A model generated the notes under the pieces. That model made no database searches and had not been told where the DNA came from. It saw nothing but the letters and a program-made list of their open reading frames with translations. From an uncultured Gemmatimonadota bacterium (GTDB lineage Bacteria > JAAXHH01): 64,000 nucleotides of DNA. Every line of letters starts with the position of its first letter. Position 1 is the first letter of the stretch. Below, piece after piece: positions 54,380-64,000 of the stretch. The stretch spans positions 1 to 64,000 of the forward strand of contig OX638340.1 in assembly GCA_951812955.1 (NCBI GenBank). Direction: 5' to 3'. The translations under genes were made by a program, and so were the position numbers.

Positions 54380-57300
54380 TCAACGCGGGTTCCCGGTGTA
54401 CGTCCAAGCCCTCCATCCTTGCAGCATCGGGAAATAAAGACCCAGGTTTACCGGTCCGGAATACATTGACTGCAAGACGCTCGCATAGCCCTCCAACTGG
54501 TCGCGGTACCGCCGCTGTTCATTGTCCAGGAACCCTTCGAGGTCCCCGCCGGTATGGGCGCTGGTCTTGTAGTCGATGATCCAGCGCCTGCCCTCGGACA
54601 CGAAAGTCCGGTCCACGACGTATCGTTGGATCCTTCCGTCTAGAAACGTGGTAAGGGCAAGCTCTCTTTCGTCGCTCGGGTGCCGCGTCAGGATCCAGCG
54701 GCCTCGTTCGTCAGCGACGGTATTGCCGAGGGCGGACGTCGCCCTAGCAACCGCCTCGTCCAGCTTCTCACCGGCCAGTCCTTCCTGCCTGAGCGCAATG
54801 CGGAGCGTGTCCTCCCGGAAGTTCAGAAGATCCGGTGCGTACATGCGCTGAAGCATCCGATGCACGACAACCCCGACCCGGCGCTGAAGTTCGGTTACCC
54901 ACTCGAAGGTGGGATGCGCCGATTCGTGGCCTACCGGATCCGAGGGGTCAAGCCGCGGTTTAAGGTCGACGTTTTCAGGTAAAGGTCCGGGCGTCCAGCC
55001 CGCAACCAGGCGGCGGAGCGGCACGCCCCGGGGCTTCGCGTCGGCCAGATCTTCCTCCGGTTCCTGCTCTCCGCGGTCCTTCATCATCGACTGGAATTCA
55101 GGCTCTACCGCGTTCCAGATTCTTGCCAGCAGCGTTCGTGAGCCCGGCGTTTTCAGCGTTCCGCGCTCTGGATCGGTTTCGGCGTGACCGAGCAGATGCA
55201 GGCATTTCCGCGCCCTGGTGGCAGCTACATAGAGCAGGCGGGTCCGTTCGTGGTCGCGCTTTCGAGATTCAATGCCACCCAGGTAGGCGTAAAGCGGGTC
55301 CTTATCGCCGCCAGTCGCGCGAATAGGCGCCAGCAGAAGCCGGGACCGATCGCCGCGGGCATATTCGTGCCACAGGAGTAATTTCGGATCCTCCGCCCGG
55401 GGAAGCCGGCCCAGCCCCGGAAGGATGACGGTATCGAATTCCAGCCCCTTGGCCCGGTGAATCGTCAGCAATTGCACGTCCCCGCCGGCTTCGACGTCTG
55501 AAGGAGCGAAAAGGCGCTCGACGTCATCGGCGAATTCCTTCTCGTCCGGGATGCCCAGTCCGTCCTGGGCCCGTTCCAGGAGATCGAGAAAAGCGGAAGC
55601 GTCTTCACGTTCCGTCCGCGTTTCCAGACACTCCGGTCCGCCCAGCGCGGTCCAGGCGCCTTCCACCAGCCGTCGTGGCGGCAACCTGCCCCGCAGGGTG
55701 AACGCGTCGGCGAAAATGGGTATCAGGCGGCCGATCCTGGATACGGCGTCAGGAGACAGCCGCTCCCGTCTCTCGCGGTCCTGCAGAAGGTCCCATACGG
55801 CGGATGCGGCGTTGCCTCCAACCAGGATTTCCAAATCCTTCAACGTGAGGCCGCACCACGGAGCGCGCAATATCGCCAGCCAGGCCAACCGGTCGCCGGG
55901 ATGCAGGAGCGCCTGTGTCAGTGACATCAAGTCCCGCACCACCGGACGGTCCCCCAGGGCGTCGATCTCCACGGCCCGGAATCTCTTGCCGTTTTCTCGC
56001 AGGGCGGAAACGATACCGGTCAGATGACTGCGGGCGGAGACCAGGACGGCGATGGTCTCGCCCGGTCGCTCCGCCTGCGCCTCGGAGATAACTTCGACCA
56101 CCCGTTCGGCTTCGGCGTCCTGGTCACGGACCAGGAAGGGGTGGAAGCGCACGCAACTGTCCGCTTTCTCGGACTTGAAGGCCACGGAAGGCTCGTAAGT
56201 TACCGCGCCCGACAGGATGTCCTCGTCAGGGGGGAACGCGTCACGCAGCGCGCGGTTCACCCAGACCACGACCCGAGGATACGAGCGGAAGTTCACCGAC
56301 AGCGCGAGGGGGATCGGCCGGATGGCGCCGACCCCGTTTTTCCGGGCCTGAAGAAAGAGCCCCACCTCCGCTTCGCGGAAACCGTATATCGACTGCATGG
56401 GATCGCCCACCAGGAACAGCGTCCGGCCGTCTCCGGGGCGCCAGTCCCTGATCAGGCTGGTGAGCAGGCCGTACTGGCTCTGGGAGGTATCCTGAAACTC
56501 GTCGATGAGCAGGTGCCGGATGTGAAAGTCCAGGCTGCGGGCCAGGTCGGTGGGCACCTTGTCGGGACCCAGCGCGGCCCGCGCCCCGATGCCGATCTCC
56601 GTGAAGTCGACGCACCCTTCTTCCCGGAACACGAGCCTGAGCTGCGCCACGGCCACGGGCAGCAGGAGCATCAGCGCGTTCAGGACGTCCCACTGTCCAT
56701 CTTCGAAACGCGGAGCGGGCAGCGACCGCAGCTCATGCAACGACTCGGCGAATACCGGGTCCAGGTCGATGCGGGCGAGCCTTTCTTTGGCGGCGCGTCC
56801 GGCATCGGTGGGGGGGAATCCATGGTTCCTGTTGACCGCCCTGCGCCGGGTTCCCTGAGCGGTCAGGAACAATTCCGCGAAACCGATCCAGCAGGGAAGG
56901 GATTCGGCATCGGAACCTGGAAATCCGGAAAGTCCGATGCATGCATCTATCGCGCTCGCCCGGTTCTCCGCACGCAGATTCTCTGCCGCGAAACCGGCGA
57001 GTTCAACGGTTTCGTTTCGGTGCTGTTCCGCGAATGCGCTGCGGACATGCTCCAGGGCGCTTTCGATAACCAGCCTGAGGGATGACTCCAGGTCCCTGCG
57101 CAATGCTTCGTGCTTTCGAGGCGCCGCGGATTCGCTCATCGCACCGGGATTCGCAGGATCGGACAGGTGCCGCATCCACTGGTCCCGGGTGCCCAGCATG
57201 ATACTCAGCAGACGCTCGACTCTACCGAAGTGGTTGTCCAGGTGGGAAAGCAGTCTGGACAAAGCCCCCGTCACGTCTGGCGGTGTCTCATCTGCGTCCA

Positions 57301-57787
57301 GCATGGCCACTGTGCGGCGTGCCGCACGGGCGTACAGGTGTCCTGCATTGTCCACCGGCCGAGGCGCCGCGCCCATGCGTGAAACCCAGGGCATCCGCCG
57401 TACCAGCATGGCACAGAGCGAATCGATCGTTTGTATTCGAAGGCGCGCGGGATGCTCGGCCAGCCGCCAGTCCAGCGCGTCGTTGCGGGCAACGGCATCC
57501 CTCGCAAGCTGCCAGGTATGGATTTCGTGAGGCGTCGCAGGGCGCGGTCCCGCGGCGCTTCTCAGGGCCGCGACGATCCGATGGCGCATCTCCGCGGCCG
57601 CCTTCCTGGTAAAGGTAATGGCCACGACGGCCTCCGGACGGTCCACCTGTGCCAGCAAGGCCAGGTATCGCTGTATAAGCAATTCGGTCTTGCCGGACCC
57701 CGCGGGCGCCTGGACGATGAACGACCGGGTATGGTCGAGCGCTTGTAGGCGTTGCGCCTGGTCTGCCACGCGTTCAGCCACGGTCAT
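54380..57787 (-). CDS. addA: AddA-type UvrD-family helicase with C-terminal PD-(D/E)XK nuclease
   Basis: Trimmed to ATG 57787. Motifs are 'VQAPAGSGKTELLIQR', 'LLIDEFQDTS', 'LSVNFRS', 'TIHRAKGLEFD', 'LLYVAATRA' and the C-terminal 'IIDYKTS' nuclease motif. Confidence 0.85.
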   Translation of the reverse strand: MTVAERVADQAQRLQALDHTRSFIVQAPAGSGKTELLIQRYLALLAQVDRPEAVVAITFTRKAAAEMRHRIVAALRSAAGPRPATPHEIHTWQLARDAVARNDALDWRLAEHPARLRIQTIDSLCAMLVRRMPWVSRMGAAPRPVDNAGHLYARAARRTVAMLDADETPPDVTGALSRLLSHLDNHFGRVERLLSIMLGTRDQWMRHLSDPANPGAMSESAAPRKHEALRRDLESSLRLVIESALEHVRSAFAEQHRNETVELAGFAAENLRAENRASAIDACIGLSGFPGSDAESLPCWIGFAELFLTAQGTRRRAVNRNHGFPPTDAGRAAKERLARIDLDPVFAESLHELRSLPAPRFEDGQWDVLNALMLLLPVAVAQLRLVFREEGCVDFTEIGIGARAALGPDKVPTDLARSLDFHIRHLLIDEFQDTSQSQYGLLTSLIRDWRPGDGRTLFLVGDPMQSIYGFREAEVGLFLQARKNGVGAIRPIPLALSVNFRSYPRVVVWVNRALRDAFPPDEDILSGAVTYEPSVAFKSEKADSCVRFHPFLVRDQDAEAERVVEVISEAQAERPGETIAVLVSARSHLTGIVSALRENGKRFRAVEIDALGDRPVVRDLMSLTQALLHPGDRLAWLAILRAPWCGLTLKDLEILVGGNAASAVWDLLQDRERRERLSPDAVSRIGRLIPIFADAFTLRGRLPPRRLVEGAWTALGGPECLETRTEREDASAFLDLLERAQDGLGIPDEKEFADDVERLFAPSDVEAGGDVQLLTIHRAKGLEFDTVILPGLGRLPRAEDPKLLLWHEYARGDRSRLLLAPIRATGGDKDPLYAYLGGIESRKRDHERTRLLYVAATRARKCLHLLGHAETDPERGTLKTPGSRTLLARIWNAVEPEFQSMMKDRGEQEPEEDLADAKPRGVPLRRLVAGWTPGPLPENVDLKPRLDPSDPVGHESAHPTFEWVTELQRRVGVVVHRMLQRMYAPDLLNFREDTLRIALRQEGLAGEKLDEAVARATSALGNTVADERGRWILTRHPSDERELALTTFLDGRIQRYVVDRTFVSEGRRWIIDYKTSAHTGGDLEGFLDNEQRRYRDQLEGYASVLQSMYSGPVNLGLYFPMLQGWRAWTYTGNPR

Positions 57788-60425
57788 CCTCCGGTTCCTC
57801 CGTCCCCTGTCCAATTCGGCACAGCGACGGCAGCGCGCAGTGCCTGCAGGTCTGAGCCGGGTCTTTGGGATCCACATGGGCCCGGCCCTCCCGGAAGTCG
57901 CGGCCGAGGCGGTCCAGCACCGTCCTCCAGTCGCCTATGGTCTGTTCCATCGGCGGCTGCTCCTCGGGTACCCGGACCCCCGGCACGATGCCCGGGGACT
58001 CGGCCAACCCCCTGAATCCGGCTTCTCCCGTCCTCAGCCTGGCGAACACGACACCCGCTACCGGCGCATCCGCGCAAACGGCGTATATGGGCAGCTGGGG
58101 ATCATCCGGTCTCGCGCCTTTCCAGTCTGATGGCCCGCATTCGCCGGTCTTGTAATCGAGGATGACCAGTTTCCCGTCCTCCAGGCGATCCACCCGGTCC
58201 GCCCGTATATTCACCTCGATGCCGCCGACTTCAACCGTCCGTCTTTCCTCCTGGTCGACGACCGTGAAGGGCTGCCGAAGGCGTTCCAGGCGCAGCCAGT
58301 CTCCGATGACGGAAATCAACCTGGCCTGCTCGATTTCCGCGAACCGGGGATTTCGCAGGATCCGGCCGCCCAGCATGCCCCGGACTTCGGGTTCGACGTG
58401 CGAACGCACGATTTCCGTCAGCTCCTCTTCAGTCACTTCGAGCAGCCCCCCGTGAGACTTGAGCCGTCCCCACACCCGTTCGAGAACGCGATGGACGAGC
58501 AGTCCCCGCTCGAGTGCGTTCAGTCCGGATTCAGGTTCCTCCAGCGCCCTGGCGCCAAGGCGCATTTCTGCAAATGCCTTGAATGGACAGGCCGCCTGGA
58601 GCTTGAACAGGAAGGTCCCGCCCCCGAGCGCCATATCGTCGCACGGCGGTCCGTAGTGGTCGTCCACCATCTCCAGCACGGAAGCGCTTCGGAGTCGTTC
58701 CCCGTCACCGGGCGACAGCTGGATCCCCAGTTCAGCAGCCGAGGTTTCGGGCAACATGCTTACGAGCGGGCTGACGCGCAGGTCCGTGTCCTCTTCCCGC
58801 TCCGGATAGCTGACGACGACGGAACGCGCGGCCGAAAGAAGGCGTCCTGTGAGCGTCCGGGTGAGTTCGAGTTCCCGTTCAGGCGACGATCCGGGGAGGT
58901 CGTAACGGCGTTGAAGACGAAGTGGAATGAACGGATCCGGTGCGGGATCGGCCGGCCACGCGCCGTCATGCATGCCCATCATCCAGAGCCGGTCGAAACG
59001 CAGGCCCGAGCTTTCTAAAACACCCAGAATCTGCACGGGGGCCGGCGTGGATTCCGGTTGAAACAACCTGGCCGAAGCGAGATTTCTCAGCATGGACACC
59101 GCCGCGTGGCGTGTTACGCGGCCGGACACGGCGTCCAGACCGGCCAGCTCGGAGAGCAACTCGTGCCAGACTTCCAGGGTCTGGTATTCGATACTGTCGA
59201 GCGTGCGGTCACCGGGCCATCCAATGTCGCGTAGGAACCCCGACAGGACCGGAGCCCAGTCGCTTGGCAGCCGCGGGGCCTGAATCGCCTTGTACTTCTC
59301 TGCCCATGTCCCACACAGGGACGTGAATACGGGACACCCGTCGGCGTCCCCTCGTCTGCCGGCCAACCCGATCAACTCCGATATGGAGACATCCGGTGCT
59401 CCTCGGGCGCGCAGAGCGGCGTCCAGCATGGCCCGGCGGGTCATTTCCTCCGCGGCCCCGGGTAGAAACGGAGACCGGAGTACACGGCCCGCAAGCTCGA
59501 CGGCGATATCCCCGGGGTCGATACCGAGGAACAGCAACGCCGTCTCGATTACGGGGTATTCATCGAGAGGCAGCCCCAGGGAGATGTTGAAGCATCGCGC
59601 CGGGTCGAGGTCAGGCCGGAGCCGGTCGCGGGGATGAAACACCTCGCCGAATACGCGCTCGATCTCACTTCTACGCCGTTCCAGTCCGGGCACGATGATG
59701 CCGATTCGGTACGCCGGGTCATGGGCGTCCGGATCGATTTCCACACACCCGCGGGCCCATTCTGCGGCGGCACGGAGCTCGCGGCCGGCGTCGGCAAGGC
59801 CCAGGCGCGCGGCGTCGCCGGCTTCATCAGGGCGCGCGCTTTCCCGGATCTCCACGCCGCGCCTTGCGAGGGCGTCGATCAGGCTCTGTTGGACAGGCGA
59901 GAGTTCCAGGAATCCCGCGAATTCGACTTCTTCGGGAACGGGAAACGCTTCCTGGTCGATGAGGTCACCCACAGCCGCGGTCAGTTCGGCGTTCGAAATC
60001 CAGTCGTTGCGGCGGCAACGATCGCGAAACGCTTCGGCCCAAGACAGAAAGGTCCGGGCGTCCGCGGATTCATTCCACGCCTCGTCGTCGACCGGCAGCG
60101 CCCAGCCGCACAGATGGTCCCAGGACCTGGTGGCGGCCTCAACGGTCGAAGGGACGTCCAGCAGGCTTTCAGATTCTACAGGCCCATCAGGCCCGGATCG
60201 AATGATGTTTTCCCAAATCAACCGTTCTTCAGCCGGCCGGAGCAGGCGTGCCAGCGTGGCCGGGTGATCGTAGAACAGCCCGTTCTGCCAGGTCTCCGAA
60301 AGCCATGCGGAGAGCGGCAGGATCTGTGCGGTTGGCCACGTGGTTTGCCCCGCCGTCTCCTGGTCCCGGTCATGGCTCAGGCGGAGATCGCGTGCGAGGC
60401 GCGTGGTCGCAGTGATAACGGTCAT
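57774..60425 (-). CDS. addB: AddB-type PD-(D/E)XK nuclease subunit with a C-terminal Fe-S Cys cluster
   Basis: The C-terminal 'ADRVDRLEDGKLVILDYKTG' nuclease motif is followed by 'CRHCALPSLC'. The stop overlaps the addA start by 14 bp. The start is ATG 60425 or 60452. Confidence 0.8.
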   Translation of the reverse strand: MTVITATTRLARDLRLSHDRDQETAGQTTWPTAQILPLSAWLSETWQNGLFYDHPATLARLLRPAEERLIWENIIRSGPDGPVESESLLDVPSTVEAATRSWDHLCGWALPVDDEAWNESADARTFLSWAEAFRDRCRRNDWISNAELTAAVGDLIDQEAFPVPEEVEFAGFLELSPVQQSLIDALARRGVEIRESARPDEAGDAARLGLADAGRELRAAAEWARGCVEIDPDAHDPAYRIGIIVPGLERRRSEIERVFGEVFHPRDRLRPDLDPARCFNISLGLPLDEYPVIETALLFLGIDPGDIAVELAGRVLRSPFLPGAAEEMTRRAMLDAALRARGAPDVSISELIGLAGRRGDADGCPVFTSLCGTWAEKYKAIQAPRLPSDWAPVLSGFLRDIGWPGDRTLDSIEYQTLEVWHELLSELAGLDAVSGRVTRHAAVSMLRNLASARLFQPESTPAPVQILGVLESSGLRFDRLWMMGMHDGAWPADPAPDPFIPLRLQRRYDLPGSSPERELELTRTLTGRLLSAARSVVVSYPEREEDTDLRVSPLVSMLPETSAAELGIQLSPGDGERLRSASVLEMVDDHYGPPCDDMALGGGTFLFKLQAACPFKAFAEMRLGARALEEPESGLNALERGLLVHRVLERVWGRLKSHGGLLEVTEEELTEIVRSHVEPEVRGMLGGRILRNPRFAEIEQARLISVIGDWLRLERLRQPFTVVDQEERRTVEVGGIEVNIRADRVDRLEDGKLVILDYKTGECGPSDWKGARPDDPQLPIYAVCADAPVAGVVFARLRTGEAGFRGLAESPGIVPGVRVPEEQPPMEQTIGDWRTVLDRLGRDFREGRAHVDPKDPAQTCRHCALPSLCRIGQGTEEPEDDRG

Positions 60426-60734
60426 GGAGGCAATATCCGGATTACACGGCAAGCGGTCTCAGGAATAGATTGGGCGGCGGTGCTGGCAGTCCGCTCGATT
60501 GTGCAGAAAATGCGGGGATAGACGCGCTTGAGGAAAGCAGTTTTTGACCTGGCCGGAATTTGGGGTTGTAATCGAAAGCATTCGCAGATCAAGAATCTCA
60601 TTACGGACCATGTTTGAAATAGATGCGTTACGTCGAGTATAACCGTACAGAAGCTATCTTGCGCAAAAAATTAAATAAAATACATCTAAGTTAAAAATAT
60701 TTGTTACGTATTATTCATTTATCGGATATATTGC

Positions 60735-60770
60735 TTGACATAGCCTAATTGTCACCGGCATAAGTATATA
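60735..60770 (+). promoter_or_regulatory. Possible marR promoter/operator: TTGACA with partial inverted copy TGTCAc, then TAAGTATATA
   Basis: TTGACA at 60735-60740 and 'ttgtcac' at 60749-60755 (5/6 inverted match). The AT-rich -10 candidates at 60761-70 give non-ideal 20-24 nt spacing. Confidence 0.25.
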
Positions 60771-60895
60771 TGAAACCCATGCATGTCGTGTTCCGGTCCG
60801 CTCCGCGCTGCGGTACAGACCGGATTTCGGAACTGCAAGAGATCTAATATCCTGTGGTTGGCGTGACGGGACATGAGCAGCGCGAGCGAGTCATC

Positions 60896-61369
60896 ATGAA
60901 TAAACATCAGAGAAGGAAGTTAACGGACAGGTTCGTGTTTGCCGTGGAACAGCTGAATCGCCAGATGTCCGGCGGGCATTGGGTAAAACTGCGGACAATG
61001 AACCTGAATGTTCACCAGGTCAACACGCTTCTGGTACTGAACCATTACGGTCCGCTGTGCATGAGCGCGATTGCCGGGCTGTTGGGCAGTACGCAGTCAC
61101 ACACCACGAACGTTGTGCGTAAACTGGTCGGCAAGAAGTACATGAAGCGAAAATCGGACCCGAATGATCGAAGAGTCGTGATCGGTGAAATCACAGACCT
61201 GGGTAAGCAAGCCGCGAATCGGTACCAGGATATCATCAGGCAACGAGCGACCATGGTGTCCGAAAGATGGGACGTGGAGCAATTGGAATCCGTTGTCACC
61301 TCATTGGAGTTACTGGGGCGCGGCGATGGGGAATCACAGTACAAGCCCGATTCCGGCCAATCCGGATGA
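60896..61369 (+). CDS. MarR-family transcriptional regulator
   Basis: The winged-HTH layout is 'LNVHQVNTLLVLNHYGPLCMSAIAGLLGSTQSHTTNVVRKLVGKKYMKRKSDPNDRRVVIGEITDLGK'. ATG 60896 is preferred over GTG 60854. Confidence 0.8.
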   Translation: MNKHQRRKLTDRFVFAVEQLNRQMSGGHWVKLRTMNLNVHQVNTLLVLNHYGPLCMSAIAGLLGSTQSHTTNVVRKLVGKKYMKRKSDPNDRRVVIGEITDLGKQAANRYQDIIRQRATMVSERWDVEQLESVVTSLELLGRGDGESQYKPDSGQSG

Positions 61370-61437
61370 GCACGAAGCATGTCGAGGCCGACTGGTCATC
61401 CGGTTAGGTGAACGTGAACATAGCTCCGGGATTACTT

Positions 61438-62574
61438 TCAGGCCGTCTCGCCGGCCAGGGTCGTGATTGCCTCCACCAGCGTATTCAACTCGGAATCACT
61501 GGTGTAGAACGCCACCGAAATCCGTACACCGGTCGGTTTGTTGATGTGGGTAGCCCGCTGGGTGATTTGCCAGCGGTTGCGGAGCGCTTCCGAGACCTCG
61601 TTTCCCTCCATGCCCTCGATTGCGAAAGCGACGATGCCGGACTGGGTTTCGGCGTGGCGTGAGCTGGTGACCCGCACGCCGGGAATGGCGTCGAAGCGCG
61701 AGCGCAGTGATTCCGCCTTTCGTCCCGCCTCCGCGGCGATGGCTTCCGGCCCGCCGATGCCGGTCATGAAGTCAAGGCTGGCGGCAAGACCCTGGTAGAG
61801 CATGCAGGCCGGGGTTCCTGTCTCGTACTGACGGGCCGTGCCATCGGGCTCGTGCGGCCGCCGCAGCGGTTTTAGTACTTGCTGCGCGCCTTTCCGAACA
61901 AATAGAAACCCGGTGCCCATCGGCGAGAGCATCCACTTGTAGCAGTTGGTGGCGTAGAAATCGCAACCCATATCGTGCAGATCCACCGGAAACTGTCCAA
62001 TGGCCTGGCAACCGTCCCAGAGCGTGAGAATGCCGCGTTCTCGAGCCAGTGCGCAGATCTCCCTGGCGGGCAGCCGGGTCCCGGTATCCGTCGTGACGTG
62101 GCTGAAACAGAATAGCCGGGTACGGGGGGTGATGGCCTGTTCCAGCCGATCCAGGATCAGGTCCGTATCCTGGTCGATATCGACCACCTTGATGACCGCC
62201 CCTTCCCGGTCTGCCAGACCCTCGGCGGCCTGCAGGGGGACCGGATGTTCTTCGTTGGTAATAATCACTTCGTCGCCCGGTTGCCAGCGAAGCCCGCCGA
62301 GAACCATGCCGTAACCCTCGCCGGTGCTCATCGACAACGCGATCTCCTCTGTTTCGGCGCCGAAGAAGCCGGCGATCGTGGCCGGCATTTCGGAAGCCGC
62401 CCGCTCCATCTCGGTGTACCAGTCGAACGTGCTCACACTGCCGCTGAGCAACTGCTGATAGCTATCGGCTATCGCTCCGTTCACGCTGACAGGGGGCTGA
62501 CCGAATCCTCCAGTGTTGAAATAAACACCGTGTTGCAGGCCCGGAATCTGATCTCGTATCCGTGCGACATCCAT
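61438..62574 (-). CDS. Class-V aminotransferase (cysteine desulfurase / isopenicillin-N-epimerase-like PLP enzyme)
   Basis: Trimmed to ATG 62574 behind GAGGAG. Motifs are 'GVYFNTGGFG', 'FSHVTTDTG', 'WDGCQAIG' and 'ATNCYKWMLSPMGTGFL' (PLP Lys). Confidence 0.8.
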   Translation of the reverse strand: MDVARIRDQIPGLQHGVYFNTGGFGQPPVSVNGAIADSYQQLLSGSVSTFDWYTEMERAASEMPATIAGFFGAETEEIALSMSTGEGYGMVLGGLRWQPGDEVIITNEEHPVPLQAAEGLADREGAVIKVVDIDQDTDLILDRLEQAITPRTRLFCFSHVTTDTGTRLPAREICALARERGILTLWDGCQAIGQFPVDLHDMGCDFYATNCYKWMLSPMGTGFLFVRKGAQQVLKPLRRPHEPDGTARQYETGTPACMLYQGLAASLDFMTGIGGPEAIAAEAGRKAESLRSRFDAIPGVRVTSSRHAETQSGIVAFAIEGMEGNEVSEALRNRWQITQRATHINKPTGVRISVAFYTSDSELNTLVEAITTLAGETA

Positions 62575-62591
62575 GGGCTTCCCTCTCCTCG

Positions 62592-63479
62592 TTAAATCGC
62601 CAGATGTTTCCTGAAGAATCCGACGGTGCGGTTCCACGCCAGCGCGGCCGCCGTCTCGTTGTACCGGGGTGTCGAGTTGTTGTGGAAACCGTGCAGCGTC
62701 CCCTCGAACATGTGCATTTCGTAGGTCACGCCGTTCGCTTCGAGTGCCGCTTCGTACTCGGGCCACATGGCGTTGATACGCGGATCGGTTCCCGCGTAGA
62801 TGATCATCAAGGCCGCCTCGATCTTCGGCACGTCCTCGCTCGCGGCCGTGGCACCGTAGTACGGCACGCCGGCGTTCAGTTCGCTGCCGAGGGCGACCGC
62901 CAGGCGATTGGTCATCCCCCCTCCCCAGCAGAATCCCGTGGCGCCGAGGCGCCCGTTCGACAGTTCGTGCGCCTTAAGATACCGGGCACTGTTGATCATG
63001 TCCTGATCCAGCTTCGCCGGGTCGAGACTCCGCTGCAAGGTACGGCCATCGTCATCGTTACCGGGGTACCCGCCGACCGGAGCCAGTCCATCCGGTGCCA
63101 GCGCGAGGAATCCGGCCACGGCCGCGCGCCGCGCCACGTCCTCGATGTAGGGATTGAGGCCGCGATTCTCGTGGAAAACCACGACGGATGGAAAGGGCCC
63201 GTCGCCGGTGGGTTGCACGAGGTATCCGCGCATAGTCCCGGACGTGCCTCCGGGAGACGGGTACTCGACGTACCTGCCCTTGATCCGCCGGTCGGTGAAG
63301 GAGATCGTCTGGGCCTCGGCGTAGCGCGGCAGGAGCGATTCGGCCATCCAGAGCGCGGAGGCGCCGCCGATCGTGATCGCCGAGGCGCGCTTGAAAAACG
63401 TGCGCCGGTCGATATGGCCGTGACAATATTCGTCATACAGGACGAAGATGCGCGGGTCGATCTTTTTTTCAGAAGACAT
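62592..63479 (-). CDS. Dienelactone hydrolase family protein with a Tat-type signal
   Basis: 'IDRRTFFKRASAITIGGASALW' is a twin-arginine signal. 'VVVFHENRGLNPYIEDVARR' and 'GATGFCWGG' (nucleophile elbow) are present, along with the C-terminal 'HGF' His. Confidence 0.8.
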   Translation of the reverse strand: MSSEKKIDPRIFVLYDEYCHGHIDRRTFFKRASAITIGGASALWMAESLLPRYAEAQTISFTDRRIKGRYVEYPSPGGTSGTMRGYLVQPTGDGPFPSVVVFHENRGLNPYIEDVARRAAVAGFLALAPDGLAPVGGYPGNDDDGRTLQRSLDPAKLDQDMINSARYLKAHELSNGRLGATGFCWGGGMTNRLAVALGSELNAGVPYYGATAASEDVPKIEAALMIIYAGTDPRINAMWPEYEAALEANGVTYEMHMFEGTLHGFHNNSTPRYNETAAALAWNRTVGFFRKHLAI

Positions 63480-63816
63480 GGGTCTTTGCTCCTTAAGGCT
63501 GGCGATTTGCTCACTTGCTCACTCGTTCGCGCCGCACGGCCGAGATTCGCACCGGATGAGGTTCTGCACCGGGCTAGGTCCTTCCAGGACTATTGCCTAC
63601 TCCAATAGTGACTAACCGGCATTTTAGTGACGAATAACGGCATGCCCAACGGATCACCAGTATAAAATACAATCTGGACCCGCGATTTCAAGGAGGATGC
63701 AGGGGACTTGCCAGAATGGATAGTGCTTGATGTTGGCATTGTCCGCTGTAATTTGCATGACCGTTCACCTGTTATACTAGTGGATACTGGTAGAGGAGTA
63801 TTGTGTATGACAAGCA

Positions 63817-64000
63817 CGCTTCCGGATCTCACGGCAAAACTCGTTTCGATTGACTCGACGAACCCCTCGCTGGTCTCGTCCGGAGCGGGCGAAGCGGAAA
63901 TTGCCGCCTTCGTAGCGGACTGGTGCCGGGATCAGGCCCTCGATGTTCGAATCATAGAGGCCGATGGGCGTCCGAACGTGGTTGCTGTCGCGAAGGGTAC
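63817..64000 (+). CDS. 5' end of an M20-family peptidase/deacylase gene (continues beyond the window)
   Basis: GAGGAG at 63804-63809 lies 7 nt before ATG 63817. 'LVSIDSTNPSLVSSGAGEAEIAAFVADW...GRPNVVAV' is a typical M20 N-terminus. It is absent from the ORF track because there is no stop in the window. Confidence 0.6.

Overview
This is a GC-rich (about 60-65% by eye) chromosomal segment from a diderm bacterium, since LptF/LptG are present. I call about 50 protein-coding genes. Most are housekeeping: metK, ssb, pyrK-pyrD-pyrF, hemH plus a HemQ-like gene, nadE plus a nicotinamidase-like gene, queC, hrpA, lpdA, ruvX, mltG and addA/addB. I found no rRNA, tRNA, CRISPR array, transposase, integrase or phage gene. 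Many ORF-track entries are antisense shadow ORFs or upstream over-extensions, so I trimmed starts to the first start codon consistent with the neighbouring gene and an RBS.

Four things deserve a second look:
1. The best candidate for an undescribed system is a translationally coupled operon at 1.4-8.0 kb. It encodes a small protein, a 600-aa GlmL/MutL-like ASKHA ATPase, a 374-aa soluble protein and four membrane proteins I cannot place in any known family.
2. A dispersed family of short GC-rich tandem repeats has unit lengths that are always multiples of 3 (9, 15, 18, 21 and 33 bp). They sit at gene boundaries and in frame inside core genes (hemH, nadE and a DUF255-type thioredoxin-domain gene).
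3. There are several local oddities:
- an OmpR-type regulator whose receiver lacks the phospho-acceptor residues;
- two divergent glycosyltransferase genes whose start codons are 2 bp apart;
- a 237-bp convergent overlap between a ComB-like gene and a C45 peptidase gene;
- a PcfJ-like protein with an internal duplicated motif;
- a 59-aa ORF absent from the ORF track, behind a very AT-rich patch and a possibly structured leader.
4. Three sharply AT-rich intergenic islands interrupt the GC-rich background.

All family assignments come from motif recognition by eye. No database search was run.
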